Notes under the pieces: generated by a model
The model's input: only the letters and a program-made list of their open reading frames with translations
What the model was told of the DNA's origin: nothing
Databases searched by the model: none
Program-made: the position numbers and the translations under genes
Source: an uncultured virus (IMG/VR IMGVR_UViG_3300037963_003337)
Taxonomy: Duplodnaviria > Heunggongvirae > Uroviricota > Caudoviricetes
DNA: 20,000 nucleotides
Reading direction: 5' to 3' (one strand)
IMG/VR virus record: IMGVR_UViG_3300037963_003337
Shown here: piece after piece, positions 17,450-20,000 of the stretch
Layout of the letters: every line of letters begins with the position of its first letter
Numbering within the stretch: the first letter of the stretch is position 1

Positions 17450-17507
17450 GTGCCACTTTCTGAACTGGTCACCCACCCCTTGGCAGTGGTCCCCCTGCTG
17501 CTATAAT
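17450..17507 (+). promoter_or_regulatory. Dyad-promoter unit: GTGCCACT-TTCTGA-ACTGGTCAC ... TTGGCA-N16-TATAAT
   Basis: Dyad 17450-17472; -10 17502-17507. Confidence 0.75.
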
Positions 17508-17530
17508 AAGATCAAGCAACACACAACACC

Positions 17531-17791
17531 ATGGACAACACTTACAACGGTTGGGCAAACTACGAAACCTGGAATGCCTTCCTTTGGATCGGCAACGATG
17601 AGTTTCTCTACAACACCGCTAAGGCGTGTGTGACATACGTGGGCGACAATGAGACCCCCTGGGATAAGTTCGTGCGCTGCATGACAGACGGCATGATCGG
17701 ACGGTTCATGGGTGAGACAGGCGACGGCGTGCGGTGGGATGACCCCACCATCGATGCAGACGCCATGAACGCTGCAATGGTCGAACTCTGA
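17531..17791 (+). CDS. Conserved phage protein (YNGWANYETW...LWIGNDE family)
   Basis: Recognisable motif of a widespread phage early hypothetical family; CA-rich leader. Confidence 0.85.
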   Translation: MDNTYNGWANYETWNAFLWIGNDEFLYNTAKACVTYVGDNETPWDKFVRCMTDGMIGRFMGETGDGVRWDDPTIDADAMNAAMVEL

Positions 17792-17835
17792 ACTGTCCAC
17801 TAGGGGGGTGACAGCATCCCCCTGCCCTCTATAAT
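17792..17835 (+). promoter_or_regulatory. Half-dyad promoter unit with stem-loop: ACTGTCCAC ... GTGACA-N16-TATAAT
   Basis: Right arm 17792-17800; hairpin AGGGGGGTG-ACAG-CATCCCCCT 17802-17823; -10 17830-17835. Confidence 0.7.
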
Positions 17836-17858
17836 AAGACCAAGCAACACAACAGACC

Positions 17859-18065
17859 ATGGCAACAGCAGATTTCGCAGTTCAACCCGCATCCTTCGGC
17901 AAGTTCGACGAGTGGGGTTGCGACTGGGCGACAGACATCAATCACGCCTATCGCCTCGCTGCCACCTATGGAGAGGATGCCGTCATCTGGCGCTGTCCTC
18001 ATCAGGGCAACCCCATGGCATGGGTCCGTGTTAACAATGGTAACGAGACCGCCACCGCTGTCTGA
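17859..18065 (+). CDS. Hypothetical protein
   Basis: 68 aa, following a promoter and a CA-rich leader. Confidence 0.75.
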   Translation: MATADFAVQPASFGKFDEWGCDWATDINHAYRLAATYGEDAVIWRCPHQGNPMAWVRVNNGNETATAV

Positions 18066-18101
18066 TCAGCGTCTAGAATTCACACAACAGCAATCAACCC
18101 C

Positions 18102-18218
18102 ATGCGTTCCCTTCTCGTCATCCTCTTCGCTCTCTTCGTTGGTGCCGCCTATGGCGACTATATGATCGAAGGCGTCCGCTCAGGAATGGACCTCATCGAA
18201 CAACAGCGCCAATCCTGA
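18102..18218 (+). CDS. 38-aa membrane-anchored peptide (MRSLLVILFALFVGAAYGDYMIEGVRSGMDLIEQQRQS)
   Basis: Read manually; CA-rich leader; N-terminal hydrophobic helix. Confidence 0.65.
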   Translation: MRSLLVILFALFVGAAYGDYMIEGVRSGMDLIEQQRQS

Positions 18219-18263
18219 AACTGTCCATTGGCCGCGGCGGATAGACACCGCCCCGCCTATACT
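18206..18263 (+). promoter_or_regulatory. Dyad-promoter unit: GCGCCAAT-CCTGAA-ACTGTCCAT ... GGCGG/CCGCC stem ... TATACT
   Basis: Dyad 18206-18228; -10 18258-18263; no recognisable -35. Confidence 0.65.
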
Positions 18264-18287
18264 AAAGAAGTCAACCAAAACGACACC

Positions 18288-18458
18288 ATGCCCGTTTCCG
18301 ACGCCTATCTGATGGATCTCCAGATCGAAGATCTGATGTATGATCAAATCGATGCTCAAGAGTTGGAGGACTGCGACCTTCCCGACTGGTTCACCGCTGA
18401 CGATGATCAGGACCTGGAAGCGTTCTCCCTTGAATGCGCCTTCGGACCAGAGGAGTGA
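18288..18458 (+). CDS. 56-aa extremely acidic protein
   Basis: Start re-called at ATG 18288; 19 D/E and no K/R. Confidence 0.7.
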   Translation: MPVSDAYLMDLQIEDLMYDQIDAQELEDCDLPDWFTADDDQDLEAFSLECAFGPEE

Positions 18459-18513
18459 CAATCGAGGGGGTGTCCACTAAGACCCCCCTTCCCTCCACTC
18501 CCCCCCTTATAAT
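18455..18513 (+). promoter_or_regulatory. Dyad-promoter unit: GTGACAAT-CGAGGG-GGTGTCCAC ... C-rich spacer ... TATAAT
   Basis: Dyad 18455-18477; -10 18508-18513; no -35. Confidence 0.7.
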
Positions 18514-18535
18514 AAACACAGTTCAAACAAACAAC

Positions 18536-18715
18536 ATGACCAAGCAAGAATCCTTCCAAGCAGCACGCAACGTGATCACTGGCAAGCGTGGCGACGTGAC
18601 CCGCAAGGGACTGATGACTGCCGCCATGGCAAACGGACGCTCTGCTGAGCAGGTCGCCAAGGCATCCACCATGCGTCTCGCCTTCTGGGTGGGGGTTGGC
18701 AAGTCCGCCATCTGA
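18536..18715 (+). CDS. Small basic protein
   Basis: Start re-called at ATG 18536, after the leader GTTCAAACAAACAAC. Confidence 0.7.
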   Translation: MTKQESFQAARNVITGKRGDVTRKGLMTAAMANGRSAEQVAKASTMRLAFWVGVGKSAI

Positions 18716-18727
18716 TGCTAGGATCTG

Positions 18728-18756
18728 GGGGAGGGCAACGCCTCCCCTTTCTGTTT
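18728..18756 (+). terminator. Rho-independent terminator
   Basis: GGGGAGG-GCAACG-CCTCCCC followed by TTTCTGTTT. Confidence 0.7.
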
Positions 18757-18774
18757 ACTTTCTCCATTTTCCAA

Positions 18775-19005
18775 ATGTTCACTTTCCTCGAAAAAATCAC
18801 AGGCAACGTGAGATTTTATGTTTCACGCCCTAGCAGTGCATTAGAAGGCATTGAGTTCTATCCACTAACTGGCACCGCCTATTGTGATTGGAAATCAGGC
18901 AGTGAATCTCAGCATAAGTGTAAGAAACGCCACATGCTGTTGGCATCACTTCCAATGGTAAGTTTGGGACGCTTCGCTAACACTTACCTGAAGTACGCTA
19001 ATTAA
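18775..19005 (+). CDS. KTSC-like small protein
   Basis: Start re-called at ATG 18775. PSSALEGIEFYPLTGTAYCDWKSG...SLGRFANTYLK resembles the KTSC pattern. Confidence 0.55.
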   Translation: MFTFLEKITGNVRFYVSRPSSALEGIEFYPLTGTAYCDWKSGSESQHKCKKRHMLLASLPMVSLGRFANTYLKYAN

Positions 19006-19078
19006 CACTAACTCAGGGGGCACTAAGTAACACTAACTGTGCCCCACTAAGTAACACTAACTCTCCGACACTAAGTAA
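18996..19078 (+). repeat. Iteron-like direct repeats CACTAAGTAACACTAACT, 24-25 bp period
   Basis: Copies at 18996 (2 mismatches), 19021, 19045 and 19069 (10 nt only), separated by 6-7 nt variable GC-rich spacers. Confidence 0.9.
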
Positions 19079-19256
19079 AAACCAGTTATGGCGATTAGCG
19101 CCCTTATATGTTATTGGCCGCTACGGTTAAAATCCATGGGTCCCTCCTAACCTACAAAGGTCCCCGTCCGACCTTGTATTTTCGCAATATCAAAAAATTT
19201 TTCGGGGGTAAAAATCGCCGTATAGGTTGATATATAAAAAGGTTGCTAAGAAACTA

Positions 19257-19511
19257 ATGAGTGCCGATTATCCAAACACATTTGACGATTCTACAATGGA
19301 CTATGGCGGTGATATGGACTATGAGCACTATTTGCAATTCATTTACAATGAGGAAATTCACATGGACAAACCAACAATTGCGTATGAACCAAAGGTAGAC
19401 AAGTTTATCTTGGATTCGCCCGATGGTGAGAGATTTTATTTCAGGGACTATGAGGGTGCCGAGGACTTTTGGATGTTGAACTTTAAGGAAGATTTAAATT
19501 TAGATGCCTAA
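19257..19511 (+). CDS. Hypothetical acidic protein
   Basis: ATG at 19257 within ORF 19227-19511. Confidence 0.65.
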   Translation: MSADYPNTFDDSTMDYGGDMDYEHYLQFIYNEEIHMDKPTIAYEPKVDKFILDSPDGERFYFRDYEGAEDFWMLNFKEDLNLDA

Positions 19512-20000
19512 TTATAGACCAGTAACCGAGAGTATCGGCGCAGGACCCTCCAATATTGATGTTGATTATGAGGTAGGGACTGCGGTATCTCTCAGCTATC
19601 CTGTAGGGACGTATGATCTTAATACATCAACGTATACCAATGTAGGAACTGCGACTGCAAATAGTAACTACAGATCAAAAAGATATTATTTGTTACCTGG
19701 GAGTTCGTATAGGCAGGTCTGGAAGGTTCCGAACGGGGTATCGATAGATTCGTGCGACTCATCAGGGCAGACCTGGTATATTGATAGTTACAGTGATGGT
19801 GCAGATCGTATTGTATATTTGGCAGAGGATCTTACAGAAAGTTTAAATGGGGAGTATACAGGGTGTTGTTTTGATGAGAATGGTAATCAAGTACCAGAAC
19901 CTTCATTAAATCAGAAGCGTGTACATAACATTACGTTAGAGGGGTTACAGTTTGATACTTATGGTAAGATCAACACAGCAGGTGGTATAGAGTATAAGAA
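19504..20000 (+). CDS. Probable virion structural protein, 3'-truncated (MPNYRPVTESIGAGPSNIDVDYEVG...)
   Basis: Read manually: open from ATG 19504 to the window end; T/S/G/Y-rich composition. Confidence 0.7.
   Translation, partial: MPNYRPVTESIGAGPSNIDVDYEVGTAVSLSYPVGTYDLNTSTYTNVGTATANSNYRSKRYYLLPGSSYRQVWKVPNGVSIDSCDSSGQTWYIDSYSDGADRIVYLAEDLTESLNGEYTGCCFDENGNQVPEPSLNQKRVHNITLEGLQFDTYGKINTAGGIEYK

Noticed and set aside
17379..17633. 84-aa + ORF
   Set aside because: It spans the terminator tail and promoter unit and overlaps the conserved 17531 gene out of frame.
15187..18477. Dyad as a CRP, NtcA or LexA site
   Set aside because: Arm sequence and spacing do not fit TGTGA-N6-TCACA, GTA-N8-TAC or the cyanobacterial LexA GTAC-N4-GTAC-type box.
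10611..18513. Integron attC array or CRISPR-like array formed by the dyads
   Set aside because: There is no attC RYYYAAC/GTTRRRY bottom-strand hairpin and no integrase in the window. The units are degenerate, irregularly spaced and consistently tied to -10 boxes.
10611..18774. Longer ORF-track starts at 10611, 15212, 15520, 16096, 16341, 17138, 18228, 18434 and 18715
   Set aside because: These N-terminal extensions translate promoter or terminator DNA; the true starts are more likely the downstream ATGs.
18996..19078. Mini-CRISPR array
   Set aside because: The repeat is 18 nt with only 6-7 nt spacers, far too short for CRISPR spacers, and there are no cas genes in the window.
1..20000. tRNA, rRNA or photosynthesis AMGs (psbA, hli)
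   Set aside because: I recognised no cloverleaf/T-loop signature or AMG motif by eye; tRNAscan-SE or Infernal would be needed to exclude them formally.

Overview
This window looks like part of a T4-like cyanophage (Kyanoviridae-type myovirus, probably infecting Synechococcus or Prochlorococcus); the assignment is inferred from gene types and promoter grammar. Bases 1-10.3 kb hold three very large AT-rich virion/fibre-like genes: an LRR protein, a protein with dockerin-like Ca-binding loops, and a convergent PA14/CBM-like protein driven by a late-type promoter. Bases 10.3-19.0 kb are a hypervariable early region of about 35 tiny co-oriented ORFs, including an EndoVII-type HNH nuclease, an HhH-glycosylase-like protein, two KTSC-like proteins, very acidic peptides and membrane peptides. 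Three non-coding signals stand out. (i) Eleven copies of a 22-23 bp dyad, GTG(A/C)CA(G/C)T-N6-(A/G)(C/G)TG(T/G)(C)CAC, sit 30-34 bp upstream of sigma70 -10 boxes and usually overlap the end of the previous gene, dividing the region into promoter-gene cassettes. (ii) A ~200 bp non-coding locus at 14.47-14.67 kb has five perfect cyanobacterial DnaA boxes (TTTTCCACA), an AT-rich tract and divergent promoters, resembling an oriC mimic or DnaA sink. (iii) An iteron-like 24-bp-period repeat at 19.0 kb lies at a compositional boundary, followed by a probable structural gene that runs off the window.
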